Source: an uncultured Pedosphaera sp. (GTDB taxonomy: Bacteria > Verrucomicrobiota > Verrucomicrobiia > Limisphaerales > AAA164-E04). Taken from it: 64,000 nucleotides of DNA. How positions within the stretch are numbered: position 1 is the stretch's first letter; every line of letters starts with the position of its first letter. Positions 43,586-53,606 of this stretch are shown piece after piece. The notes below the pieces were generated by a model, which was not told where the DNA came from, searched no databases, and saw only the letters and a program-made list of their open reading frames with translations. The stretch lies in the NCBI GenBank assembly GCA_965214825.1, contig OZ243981.1, positions 2,450,567 to 2,514,566 of the forward strand, in the 5' to 3' direction. Position numbers and translations under genes: made by a program.

Positions 43586-43984
43586 ATGGAAACAGAAGAA
43601 GACATTCATTCTGGCCGCAACTATCAGCCATTGAGCGAGCAGCCGACATTTTGGGCCATGCTTCTTCACCTTTCGGTTTTTACCGGCTCCTTCACTTTTG
43701 TCGGTTTTATATTAGGGCCGATTGTCGTTTGGTTGATTCAAAAAGAGCAATTTCCGGAACTGACATCTCATCTGAAAGAAGCTGTTAACTTCCAGATTTC
43801 AATGCTTCTTTATACAATCGTATTGCTGTTATTGGTGATAGTTACTTTCGGTTTAGGAATACTCATTGCCCTTCCGGGTCTTTTAATTCTCTCGTTTCTT
43901 GACTTTATTTTGGTAATTGTGGCTGCGATTCAGGCCCGCGATGGCGTGAATTACCGTTATCCTATGACCATCCGCTTTTTTTGA
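43586..43984 (+). CDS. DUF4870-like small membrane protein
   Basis: 132-aa ORF with the pattern WAMLLHLS...GPIVVWLIQKE...HLKEAVNFQIS and TM helices. Confidence 0.65.
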   Translation: METEEDIHSGRNYQPLSEQPTFWAMLLHLSVFTGSFTFVGFILGPIVVWLIQKEQFPELTSHLKEAVNFQISMLLYTIVLLLLVIVTFGLGILIALPGLLILSFLDFILVIVAAIQARDGVNYRYPMTIRFF

Positions 43985-44018
43985 GTCGATAAATCGGTCT
44001 ATAAAAACGGACAGCAGT

Positions 44019-44171
44019 TCAGGCATCGAATATATCTTTCAAGGCCGGGGCAAGCTTTGGAAACTGAAATTCGGAGTCTTTCTGCAATAGTTGTTGAGCG
44101 GGGCTCGAAGCTGGGAAGCTGGTGTCTTTAGCAATGACAATCTTCCAGGTGGCTGATTTCTGTTGTGGCAT
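44019..44171 (-). CDS. Candidate 50-aa ORF directly abutting the YdjY-like stop codon
   Basis: TAA ATG junction with no spacer. Translation: MPQQKSATWKIVIAKDTSFPASSPAQQLLQKDSEFQFPKLAPALKDIFDA. It is below the ORF-track length cutoff. Confidence 0.3.
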   Translation of the reverse strand: MPQQKSATWKIVIAKDTSFPASSPAQQLLQKDSEFQFPKLAPALKDIFDA

Positions 44172-44852
44172 TTAATGTTCTTTTAGTTTGAAGGTGACTT
44201 GCACGGTTGTGCCGAGGGCGGGGATTTTGGTTTCGTTGGGGAACCAGATTTCGTCGTTTTCGTTGCCGGTTCGGGGGTTGTTGGCTAAGGCGTCGAGGTC
44301 GATGATGAGAGCAACGATGGATTGATGGGTGTCGGCAGTGAAGTGTCCGTTGTCGATGCGGGCACCGTTGTAAATCCATTTGCCTTTGCTGACAGGGCGT
44401 TTGTCTTCTCCGATGATGATCCAATCTTCGAGGCGCCCGGTTCGCTTTTTTACGTTTTCTTGCCAAGCGATGAGGATGTCGATGGTATGTCCGGGGGGGA
44501 GGCGGGAGGCTTCGGTTTGGGTTGGCGGGTTTTGGGTTCCGAGGAGGAGCATAGCGAGGTGGATGTGGGCAGGCGGGACTTCGGTTTTGAGGAGGGATTC
44601 GTGTTGTTTGCCTGTTTTGCCGACGATGGCGTATTCGATGAGAGTGTCGCGAAGGTTGACTTGGGCTGGAAAAGAGAGTTCTCGTTTGCGTTGGTCAAAG
44701 ATGACTTTACCGATTTGGAACCGGCCAGGGCCGAGGGGTCTAACGAGGCTTTTGGCGGTTTGGAGTTTTGAGGCCGGGGAGGGCGTTTGGGTGCCGGGGT
44801 TTCGGATTGACACTGTCAACAAAATGCCGATAATTAAGGGAAGGAGCCGCAT
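44172..44852 (-). CDS. YdjY-domain-like secreted protein
   Basis: Signal peptide, then FPAQVNL...LIEYAIVGKTGKQHESLL and WIYNGA patterns recalled from YdjY-domain proteins of PVC bacteria. Confidence 0.55.
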   Translation of the reverse strand: MRLLPLIIGILLTVSIRNPGTQTPSPASKLQTAKSLVRPLGPGRFQIGKVIFDQRKRELSFPAQVNLRDTLIEYAIVGKTGKQHESLLKTEVPPAHIHLAMLLLGTQNPPTQTEASRLPPGHTIDILIAWQENVKKRTGRLEDWIIIGEDKRPVSKGKWIYNGARIDNGHFTADTHQSIVALIIDLDALANNPRTGNENDEIWFPNETKIPALGTTVQVTFKLKEH

Positions 44853-44963
44853 ATCGTTTGTGGTTTGCAGGAGACTCTAACGGTTTTGGGGAGCGGAGGG
44901 CAAGTCTGCGAAGCGCGAAGGGATGTTTTGCATTCTGAGGTGGTTTGTGTTTGGCTGGCGGGG

Positions 44964-46160
44964 ATGAAGTTGTTTTGTGCTTTTGCAAGGATTGTTTTTG
45001 GGGTGGCGGTTGGGTGTTTGTCGATTGCTGAGGGCCGCACCGCTGATTGGGCGCTGTTGTTTAACGGCAAGGATTTTGACGGATGGACGCAGCGGGGCGG
45101 CAAGGCGAAGTATGAGGTCCGGGATGGGGCTATTGTGGGAAGGACGGTTCCGCAGTCTCAAAACAGCTTTCTTTGCACGGATCGGGATTACGGCGATTTT
45201 GTTCTTGAGCTGGAGTTCAAAGTGGACTCTAGGATGAACGCCGGGATTCAAATTCGAAGCGCCAGCATTCCGACTTATCGGAACGGGATTGTGCATGGCT
45301 ATCAAGTCGAGATTGATCCTTCCAGACGGGCTTGGTCCGGGGGGATTTATGATGAGTCTCGCCGGGGTTGGATTTACGATCTTCGGGAAAATGAGCCAGC
45401 GCGGCGAGCTTTCCGGCAGAACGAATGGAACCGCTATCGAATCGAGGCTGTCGGGGATCGTATTCGGACGTGGATCAACGGGGTTTTGGCGGCGGATTTA
45501 CGAGATTCGTGGAGCCTCAGCGGGTTTATTGCCCTGCAAGTTCATGGGACATCGAGCGATTTTCCCATGGAAATTGCCTGGCGCCGTTTGCGCATCCAGG
45601 ACTTAGGACGGCATGAATGGAAGCCTTTGTTTGACGGCAAGACTTTGGCAAGTTGGGAGCCGAGACCTGGCGGCGAGTGGCACGTTAGCGAGGGAACGAT
45701 TCAAGGCCGCAGCAGCCGAGCAGAGAGCCGTCACGGCTTGCTGATGAGCCGGGAGAGTTTTGGCGATTTTACTGTGCGGTTGCAGTTCAAAATCAACCAG
45801 GGAGACAGCGGGTTTTACTTTCGGTCAGAGCTGGTGGATCACGCGGTGGGTGTCCACGGCTTTCAGGTTGAACTCGACACGAGTTTCGAGACCGGCGGAT
45901 TGTATGAGACCGGCGGCAGGGGCTGGGTCGTGCGGCATCCGGCGGACAAGAAGACAAAGTGGTACAAGCCCGGAGAATGGAACGAGTTGGCGGTGTCGGC
46001 TTGGGGGCGCAGAACGGTGGTTCGAATGAACGGGCGCAAATCCGCCGAGCTCTTGGAGGATATAGGCCGGGTTGAAGGGCATTTTGCGTTGCAGTTGCAT
46101 GGCGGCCAGGACATGGACGTGGAGTTCAAGGACATTGAGCGGTTGGCGCCTGCACAGTAG
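44964..46160 (+). CDS. Tandem DUF1080 (3-keto-disaccharide hydrolase-like) protein
   Basis: Two repeats of the pattern W..LFNGKDFDGW ... GDF.L..EFK ... WN.Y.I ... G.IALQ.HG. ATG 44964 gives a signal peptide. Confidence 0.8.
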   Translation: MKLFCAFARIVFGVAVGCLSIAEGRTADWALLFNGKDFDGWTQRGGKAKYEVRDGAIVGRTVPQSQNSFLCTDRDYGDFVLELEFKVDSRMNAGIQIRSASIPTYRNGIVHGYQVEIDPSRRAWSGGIYDESRRGWIYDLRENEPARRAFRQNEWNRYRIEAVGDRIRTWINGVLAADLRDSWSLSGFIALQVHGTSSDFPMEIAWRRLRIQDLGRHEWKPLFDGKTLASWEPRPGGEWHVSEGTIQGRSSRAESRHGLLMSRESFGDFTVRLQFKINQGDSGFYFRSELVDHAVGVHGFQVELDTSFETGGLYETGGRGWVVRHPADKKTKWYKPGEWNELAVSAWGRRTVVRMNGRKSAELLEDIGRVEGHFALQLHGGQDMDVEFKDIERLAPAQ

Positions 46161-46225
46161 ATGGCATCTATTCTACCGGGGCGTTTGATCCTCAACAAGC
46201 GGCATTGCCGGGGCAATTTTGAATC

Positions 46226-47008
46226 GTGTTTGTTTTGGATTTCGTCAATTGGTTGGTCAAAAGGTTGCTCGATCCCGCTGCGATTATTTGGTTGTTTCTC
46301 ATTGTTTTGAGCGTTCTGTTGCTTGTTCGGAAACGGCCTCGATGGGCTTTGGCGGTTTTCTCCGCGGTCGTTTTTCTGACGGTGTTTGGGGGAACGGGCG
46401 TTTCCACTTTCCTGATTGCGACTTTGGAACGCGGCTATTATTCAGAAAATCCGCTCGATGTGCAGGAGGCGGATGCGGTGTTTGTGCTGGGCGGTTTTGT
46501 GGATGACGGCAAGGGGGAAGTTCACGGGTTTGATGCCACTGGAAGTTTGGACCGGCTCTTGGCCGGGATGGAGCTCGTGCGGGCTGGCAAGGCGGATGTT
46601 CTGCTCATTGGCGGCGGTTCGGCGGGGTTGTGGTCAGGGAGTCCGTCGGAATACTCTGTGATTCGGCATTGGCTGGATCGTTGGGATATTTCCATAACCG
46701 TTGAGCACATCGGCTTGAAGGGTGCGGACACCTATAAGGAATTGAAGGCGTTGAAAGCGTTGATGAAGGAGCGCGGTTGGCAAAGCGTCATTCTGGTGAC
46801 TTCGGCGTCTCATATGCGGCGGGTGGAAGCGGTGTGCCAAAGCCTCGGCATCAACGAGGTCATCCTGGCGGCTTGTGATTTCCAAAGCCTGCCTCCTCAT
46901 CCCTGGTATCTGATCCCAGATATGAAGCACCTGTATATGTTGGAATGTTACCTCTACGAGCAGAGCGGTTGGTTCGGCTACCGTTTGAGGGGAAGGATTG
47001 ATATTTAG
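46226..47008 (+). CDS. YdcF/ElyC-like DUF218 protein
   Basis: N-terminal TM helices, then DAVFVLGG and VILVTSASHMRR patterns. Confidence 0.7.
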   Translation: MFVLDFVNWLVKRLLDPAAIIWLFLIVLSVLLLVRKRPRWALAVFSAVVFLTVFGGTGVSTFLIATLERGYYSENPLDVQEADAVFVLGGFVDDGKGEVHGFDATGSLDRLLAGMELVRAGKADVLLIGGGSAGLWSGSPSEYSVIRHWLDRWDISITVEHIGLKGADTYKELKALKALMKERGWQSVILVTSASHMRRVEAVCQSLGINEVILAACDFQSLPPHPWYLIPDMKHLYMLECYLYEQSGWFGYRLRGRIDI

Positions 47009-47649
47009 TCCGCCTTGGCATCCGCTTGCTTCTGTTTGTTGAACTTTTGCAGCTTTGGGCGGATGACGAGGTAGCAGTAAGATTGAGTCGGGTTGTTGCG
47101 GTAAAAGTCTTGATGATCATCTTCGGCCGGATAGAATTTTTTGAAGGGGGCGATTTCTGTGACGATGGGGTCTTTGAAGGAACTGGCGGCGGCGGCTTTT
47201 GATTTTTCGGCGGCGGCTTTTTGTTTTTCGTCGTGATAGAGGATGATGGAGCGGTATTGGGTACCGATGTCGTTGCCTTGACGGTTGAGGGTTGTTGGGT
47301 CGTGGGCTTGCCAGAAGTAGGACAGAAGCTCTTCGTAGGAGATGGTTTTCGAGTCAAAGGCGATTTGAACCACTTCCGCATGGCCGGTGGTTTCCGCGCA
47401 GACTTCCTTGTAGGTCGGGTTTTCTTTGTGGCCTCCGGAGTAACCCGAAACGACAGAATTCACTCCGTCCAAGGTTTCCAAGAGGGCTTCCGTGCACCAA
47501 AAGCAACCTGTTCCCAAGGTGGCCAAGCTCAGGGATTTGTCGGCATGTTCGGGCGGGAGATCACTCACGGTGTCCTCCTTGGCGTCGAGGCAACCGGTCA
47601 ACGATGGAAGAACCAGGGCGATGAGGGCCGTTTTGCATAAATGGGTCAT
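47005..47649 (-). CDS. msrA: Peptide-methionine (S)-S-oxide reductase, lipoprotein form
   Basis: GCFWCTEA active-site motif, YSGG, HAEVV. ATG 47649 gives the lipobox LTGC. Confidence 0.9.
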   Translation of the reverse strand: MTHLCKTALIALVLPSLTGCLDAKEDTVSDLPPEHADKSLSLATLGTGCFWCTEALLETLDGVNSVVSGYSGGHKENPTYKEVCAETTGHAEVVQIAFDSKTISYEELLSYFWQAHDPTTLNRQGNDIGTQYRSIILYHDEKQKAAAEKSKAAAASSFKDPIVTEIAPFKKFYPAEDDHQDFYRNNPTQSYCYLVIRPKLQKFNKQKQADAKAD

Positions 47650-47804
47650 GGTCTGAGATTGATTTCTTTCCGGCACAGCGTGGATGGGGTTTTTGGTTGT
47701 GTCAACTCTATAAATGTTTCTTCGGCGACGCTTCCGGCAAGTAGCGGTGTTGCCGTTTGCAGTTCGCCATTGATCTTCGACTGATTTTCGCATATGAATG
47801 AGGT

Positions 47805-49374
47805 ATGTTTTCTTTCGTTTTCGACGTGATGATTTGCCGCCATGCTCGGAGTTGGCGGACTCTTGCTGCTGTTGCGGTGGCTGTTACTGCGACGGTTTCG
47901 CTCGCAGCGGCGGAGAAGCCCAATGTGATTGTGATTATGGCGGATGATCTCGGCTATGGCGATGTGTCCTGCTATGGGGCGACGGTGATTCAAACGCCGA
48001 ATATCGACCGCTTGGCGGCGGAAGGGCTTCGCTTCACCAGCGGTTATTGTTCGGCATCGACTTGCACGCCGACGCGATTTTCGTTTCTCACGGGCACTTA
48101 CGCCTTTCGTCAACCAGGCACGGGGATTGCATCACCCAACAGTCCGGCCATCATCCGGCCAGGCACGGAAACGCTGCCGTCGCTGCTACAGAAGGCCGGC
48201 TATCAAACAGCAGTGATCGGCAAATGGCATTTGGGTTTGGGCGGAGGAGGGGGGCCGGATTGGAACGGCACGCTTCAGCCCAGTCCTCGCGAAATCGGTT
48301 TTGAATTACCATTTTCTGCTGCCGACGACGAACGATCGCGTGCCGCAGGTTTACGTTGAAAACCGCCGAGTGCTGAATCTGGACCCCGCCAACCCGCTGT
48401 GGGTGGGGAGGAAGAAGCCTAGTCCAGAGCATCCGACCGGCATCACTCATCGCTCGATGCTGAAGATGGATTGGTCTCACGGCCACAATGCCACCATCCA
48501 CAACGGCATCAGCCGCATCGGTTTTTACACTGGCGGCCATGCGGCGAGATTTCGCGACGAGGACTTGGCCGACGAATGGGTGAAGCGCTCCGTGCAATGG
48601 ATCGAAAGCCGCCGCGAGTCGCCGTTCTTTCTGTTCTTTTCCTCGCATGATTTGCATGTGCCCCGGATGCCTCACGAGCGGTTTCAGGGCAAGACCGCGC
48701 TAGGGTATCGCGGGGATGCGATTGCGCAGTTGGATTGGTGTGTGGGCGAGCTGATGAAAACACTGGAGCGGCTTGACTTGACGGAAGAGACTTTGGTGAT
48801 TTTTTGCTCGGACAACGGCCCGGTATTGGATGACGGCTATCAGGACGAAGCCGTCGAGAAAAACGGAAACCACCGGCCGGCCGGCATTTACAGCGGGGGG
48901 AAATACAGCGTTTTGGAAGGCGGCACTCGAACGCCGTTCATCACGCGCTGGAAAGGCCGGATTCCACCCGGCGTGTCGGATGAACTGGTGTGCACGATCG
49001 ATTTCGCGGCCAGCCTAGCTGCTTTTGCCGGCGTGCCGCTTGGCGACGATGCCTGCCTAGACAGTTTCAACGTAATGGGTGCCTTGCTGGGCGAACCCGG
49101 TGACAAGGGACGCGACCATTTGGTGCAGCAGGACAATGGACGCGGCGGAAACTACGGTTTGCGTGTGGGTGCTTGGAAGCTCCAGCGCCACGATTCTCGA
49201 AAGGCGCGAAATGTAACGCTTCGGCTGAAGAGTGTGCCAGTGCCGCAATACCAGCTTTTCAACCTTGCAGCGGATCCGGGCGAGCGCAACAACATCATCG
49301 CTTCGCATCCGGAAATCGGCGAGCGGCTGAAGGCGTGTCTGGCCAAACTGATCGCCGAGGGGCGGAGCCGTTGA
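47805..49374 (+). pseudogene. Arylsulfatase-family (formylglycine type) enzyme with one frame break near 48304
   Basis: PNVIVIMADDLGYGD and CTPTRFS (CxPxR) lie in the first frame, up to ...PREIGF. The second frame continues NYHFLLPTTNDRVPQVYVENRRV to the stop at 49374. Confidence 0.8.
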
Positions 49375-49398
49375 AGGAGCTGCAGAGGACATTGGAGC

Positions 49399-50823
49399 TT
49401 ATGCGCGAATTGGGTCGATGGCCCGGTGTTCGTGGTGGCTCGGCCCTAATTTTTTGGCGACGCCCATAGCGGTTAGCATGGTGTTGTAGATGTCGATCCC
49501 TTCGGCGGAGATGTCCATGATTTGGCCGGTTTTGAAACGCTGGTTGGCGCTGGTGATGGCGTGGAAAACGCCGGAAAGTTCGCGTTTGACGTTGGAGTGG
49601 CGGCCGTCTCCGGATTCTGTTGAGATGGTGAGGAGTGCGTTTTCGAGGATGGAGCGGCCGTTGGCTTCGAGAGATTCCGGTTCGTCGAGGAGGTTGAGGA
49701 AGTAGGCGACTTCGCGCATTTTCATATGGGCGTGGGCGCGGAGTTGTTTGTTTTGTTTTTTTTCGTTGAATTGGTGCCACCATTCGTGGCTGCAGCCTTG
49801 GGAACCGGTGGCGTTGAGTTGGGCGGCGTCGTTGAAGGTGTAGATTTTGCGTCCGTTGTAGATGTAGTCGCCGGTCATCCGAAGGCGTTCTCCGGCGGCG
49901 AGGAAGGTGATGGAGCCGAAGCGGGCGCGGTCCATTTTGATGGCGAGGGCGTAGAGGTCGGCCATTAAGCGCCATTCATTGGTCAGGTCGTCGAGTTTCA
50001 TGTCTATGCCTTCGCCGCCGGGGTCGGCTTGCCCGCCGTGAGCGAGGGCGGATGGCGGCGGCAATGGAGGGGCACCGTTGATGTGTTTGGGCATTTCGTA
50101 AGCGCGTTGTTCCAGTTCGCGGATGCGGTCCAGATGGTCGGCGAGGCGGGATTTTGAGGCGGCACCGAGGGGGGAGTTGGCTCCTATATAGTGTTTGAAT
50201 TGCTCGATGACGGAGTCTAGCACGCTGCGTTTGAGGCGTTTTTGCCGGGTTTCGGCACTGCGGTTTCCGATTTCGACGGTGCCGAAAACGCGGTCGAAGA
50301 GTTCCCGCGGTTTTTCTTGCATGGTTGCGGCGACGGTTCCGTCTTCGTTGTAACTGTGAACGTAGCGGCTAACTCGGCTTCGTCGGAAGAAGGTGCCGCC
50401 GATGAGTGTGGGGACCATGCCGGGGGGGAGTCCGTCCGGGTAATGGCTTTTGCGGATAACTTGGTCGATGGAGGGGCCGCCGCTTTTGGCTTCGCCGTCG
50501 GGCGGCTCGGCGGTGAAGGCACCAGAAGCGCCGTCGAAATGGGCGTTGATGCCGGATTCATCGCAGCGGATTTGATCGATGTTCCGCATGATGAGCAATT
50601 TCTTACCGAGGGGTTTTAGGGGTTCAAGCACGCCGTGGAAACCTTCGGTTTGCAGCGGTGCCGGGATGCCGAGGCCGAAGAAGATGTTAAAGGCGCGGAT
50701 GGGAATGTTTTCTGGAGCGTTAGGTGTTTTGGCGGCCAGCATTTCTTCCAGAAAGGGAAATCCGATGGTGACGGTTCCCAGTCCTTTAAGCATGGTGCGG
50801 CGGTTGATGGGCGTTGTTTTCAT
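49399..50823 (-). CDS. DUF1552-family protein (Tat signal)
   Basis: INRRTMLKGLG leader and a DUF1552-like body. ATGA overlap with the upstream DUF1592-type gene. Confidence 0.8.
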   Translation of the reverse strand: MKTTPINRRTMLKGLGTVTIGFPFLEEMLAAKTPNAPENIPIRAFNIFFGLGIPAPLQTEGFHGVLEPLKPLGKKLLIMRNIDQIRCDESGINAHFDGASGAFTAEPPDGEAKSGGPSIDQVIRKSHYPDGLPPGMVPTLIGGTFFRRSRVSRYVHSYNEDGTVAATMQEKPRELFDRVFGTVEIGNRSAETRQKRLKRSVLDSVIEQFKHYIGANSPLGAASKSRLADHLDRIRELEQRAYEMPKHINGAPPLPPPSALAHGGQADPGGEGIDMKLDDLTNEWRLMADLYALAIKMDRARFGSITFLAAGERLRMTGDYIYNGRKIYTFNDAAQLNATGSQGCSHEWWHQFNEKKQNKQLRAHAHMKMREVAYFLNLLDEPESLEANGRSILENALLTISTESGDGRHSNVKRELSGVFHAITSANQRFKTGQIMDISAEGIDIYNTMLTAMGVAKKLGPSHHEHRAIDPIRA

Positions 50824-53501
50824 TGGCTTGCTTCTGTAAGAGTCGTTTGGACGAGGTCGCTTTTGATGATCTCGGTGATTAAACTTTGGTAAGTGCCGCC
50901 GTCTTTTTGTGCTTTTTGGTGGATTTTGTCAACCGCTGTGGTGTCACTGAAGACGAGAGGGCGGCCGAGTGCGAATTGGGTGAGTTTCCAGGTTAGAGAT
51001 TCGCGCAAGCGTTTGCTGTCGGCCAGCATTTGCATGAGTTGTTCGGAAGAGTTGTAAGCTGCGGTTTCGGCGGTGCCGGGGAAGAGGATTTCACCGTCGT
51101 CGCGGAGTTGGTTTCCGTGTTCGTCTGTTTCGTGGTAAGCCCCGACGCCATCGAATTTTTCGAGGCCGAAGGCGAGCGGTTCGAATTTGCCGTGGCAGCC
51201 ACCGCATCGGACATTGGCGATGCGTTGTTCGGCAATGGCGCGTTGGGTCAAACCGGGGCGTGTGGGAACAGGAGTGGTGTCGACGCACGGTGGTGGGTCT
51301 TTGACGACGCCACGAAGCAGGTCGTGCAGGACGAAGAGCCCTCGAGAAACCATCGAGGCTTCGTCACCGCCGACAGTCAAAACGCTTCCGTGGGTGAGCA
51401 ATCCACCGCGGCCGGGTTGGTTGGACAAGTCGTATTGCGCTAAAGCAGTCTCTGCTGGCAGGCCGTAGTGGACGGCGAGTTTGGGCGTTGCATATGTGAA
51501 TTGGGCGTCAAAGAGATCATGCAAGGAGCGTTTCTGTTTCCAGACGATGTCTTCGAAGAACGCCAGCGTTTCTTGCTTCATGTCGAAGGCAAGCTGATGT
51601 TCCCAAGCGGGAAACTTCTCGGCGTTGGGCCGGAGGTTGTTCAGCCGGTCGAGGTGCAGCCATTCGGCGATGAAGTCTTTGGATCGCTTGACAGCGCGCG
51701 GGTCCTGGAGCATGCGGGCGATTTGTTCATTGAGACCGGCGGCGGTGAACAGCGAGCCAGATTCGGCGGCTTCCACGAGCGGTTTGTCTGGAGGCGCTCC
51801 CCAGAGGATGTAACTCATGCGGGAGGCCAGTTCGTGTTCGGTGACGAGCCAAGGGGCGCCGTCGCCTCGCTGATTTTCGATTCGGTAAAGGAAACGCGGC
51901 GATTGGAGCATGGCGTCGATGATGAGGGTGACGGCTTCTTTGAAGTCGCCTCCGGCGGCGACAGCAGTGGTTGACAGGCCGCGGTAGAGCGTGATCTCGT
52001 GTGATTCCAAGGGGCCGCGGAGTATCCATTTGCCCATCTCTTTCACCAAGCCGCGCATGCTGTCGTCAGTGAGCAGCCGGCTTTTGGAAAAGCGGCCGGC
52101 GAATTTTTCAACATCCATTTGGGCGACGATTTTTTCCGCCAACTGGGCGTAGGCGTTCACATGTTTGAGATCGACGCTCAGGTTGTAAGCGGTGTTGCTG
52201 AAGCCGTCAGCCCGGAGGTCGCGAGGGAGAAGGGCGTGCGCCTCGCGAGCAATGTCGATGCCGACGGCGCTGCGGACGCTTTCGATGTATTCGGAAACCG
52301 TGAGGCGCCGCAGCCAATTTTCACCCGTTTCTCCACCGTGGACGAATGCCGCAGGGTCGATGGCTTCAATCGGCCAACTGGCGCCCCCGGCGATCCATGC
52401 CTTAAGCCATGCCTTTTCCTCGACGGAAAGCGGCTCGCGGTCTTTCGGCATCTCGTCGGTCATAACGGATTCAAGCAGGTAACTCTCCATTGCGTTTCCG
52501 GGGATGATGACTTTTCCGCTGCTACTGCCGGCGAATGCTGCGTCGCGTCGGGAGAGGTCGAGTTCGCCTTTCTGTGTGGCGGTGTCGTGGCATTCGAAGC
52601 AGTGTTCAACCAGGAGCGGCGCGATTTTGGCATTGAAGAGTTTGGCGTTCGGCGAAGGGGAATGGGCAAGGGCAGGCGGCGGTGTTTCGGCGTCGGGGCC
52701 GGCTTGGTAATGGGCTTCGATTTCTTTCGGGAAAAGTGCCCGGGCATAAACGGCTACCAGATGGTAGGTGCCAAGCCAGGCGCGGTCAGCTCCAAATTCG
52801 TTTCCGAGTGCGAGGCGGAATTGCCTGTCCCAGTTGCCGACGGCGCCTGTGATGGTTTTCTCGGCCGTATTCTGTCCGTCAAGGTAAAGCCGCGCTTTGC
52901 CGGCGCGATTACGGGTGTAGGCCAGATGGATTTGCCGGGCGGCTGTTTGATCTGTCTTTGCGCTGAGTGAGGGGTTGCTGCCGTTGTTGCCAGTCTTCAA
53001 CGTGCGCAGACGAAAGTCATATTTGTCGGCGTCTTGACCGAGCGTGAAGTTCCTCTCGGAACTGTTCCCAGAGAGGGTAACGATTCTCGCCGGCCCTTTT
53101 TGGTCGAGATTGGCAGGTGTGATCCATGCCTCCACGGTGATCTCGCCCGAACGGCGGATGGCTTCGTTGAGTTTATATGCGGGCTTATCGGAGCGAATCT
53201 GCGTGGGCTGTTGGAGTTGAAGGCCGTTTTCTGTCCAGCGAACGGCTTCCGGTTCGGAAATCAGAAGGTCTATCGCCGAGCCTTCGCCGGAGTGATCTTG
53301 AATCCGATAGCCGCTGCCCGCGCTGAAGTCATAAAGCGCTTGCAACCCAACGCGCGTTCGGGAGGCGGCGGCAAGATCAAACGCGCCTGCAACGAAAAAC
53401 AACCCCGGCAGCAGGGCGAAAAGCCGCTGGCGAAAACCCCCGTGCTTGCAGAATCTTCCAAAGGCGCCGGGTTTTGTTCGAGCGATCGGGTTCAATAGCA
53501 T
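50820..53501 (-). CDS. DUF1592/DUF1588/DUF1595-type protein with LamG-like insert and two CxxCH motifs
   Basis: CFECH and CGGCH motifs and the domain order typical of the partner of DUF1552 in PVC genomes. Confidence 0.8.
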   Translation of the reverse strand: MLLNPIARTKPGAFGRFCKHGGFRQRLFALLPGLFFVAGAFDLAAASRTRVGLQALYDFSAGSGYRIQDHSGEGSAIDLLISEPEAVRWTENGLQLQQPTQIRSDKPAYKLNEAIRRSGEITVEAWITPANLDQKGPARIVTLSGNSSERNFTLGQDADKYDFRLRTLKTGNNGSNPSLSAKTDQTAARQIHLAYTRNRAGKARLYLDGQNTAEKTITGAVGNWDRQFRLALGNEFGADRAWLGTYHLVAVYARALFPKEIEAHYQAGPDAETPPPALAHSPSPNAKLFNAKIAPLLVEHCFECHDTATQKGELDLSRRDAAFAGSSSGKVIIPGNAMESYLLESVMTDEMPKDREPLSVEEKAWLKAWIAGGASWPIEAIDPAAFVHGGETGENWLRRLTVSEYIESVRSAVGIDIAREAHALLPRDLRADGFSNTAYNLSVDLKHVNAYAQLAEKIVAQMDVEKFAGRFSKSRLLTDDSMRGLVKEMGKWILRGPLESHEITLYRGLSTTAVAAGGDFKEAVTLIIDAMLQSPRFLYRIENQRGDGAPWLVTEHELASRMSYILWGAPPDKPLVEAAESGSLFTAAGLNEQIARMLQDPRAVKRSKDFIAEWLHLDRLNNLRPNAEKFPAWEHQLAFDMKQETLAFFEDIVWKQKRSLHDLFDAQFTYATPKLAVHYGLPAETALAQYDLSNQPGRGGLLTHGSVLTVGGDEASMVSRGLFVLHDLLRGVVKDPPPCVDTTPVPTRPGLTQRAIAEQRIANVRCGGCHGKFEPLAFGLEKFDGVGAYHETDEHGNQLRDDGEILFPGTAETAAYNSSEQLMQMLADSKRLRESLTWKLTQFALGRPLVFSDTTAVDKIHQKAQKDGGTYQSLITEIIKSDLVQTTLTEASQ

Positions 53502-53606
53502 AGCAATTGAAGGCGAGTTGTTGTCATTAAATCGAAGCCATCATCTCTGAAGTCAGCGCTGAATGCAAGCCGCCGTCTGGAACGAGTGGCAGATTTTCGG
53601 AAAAGG

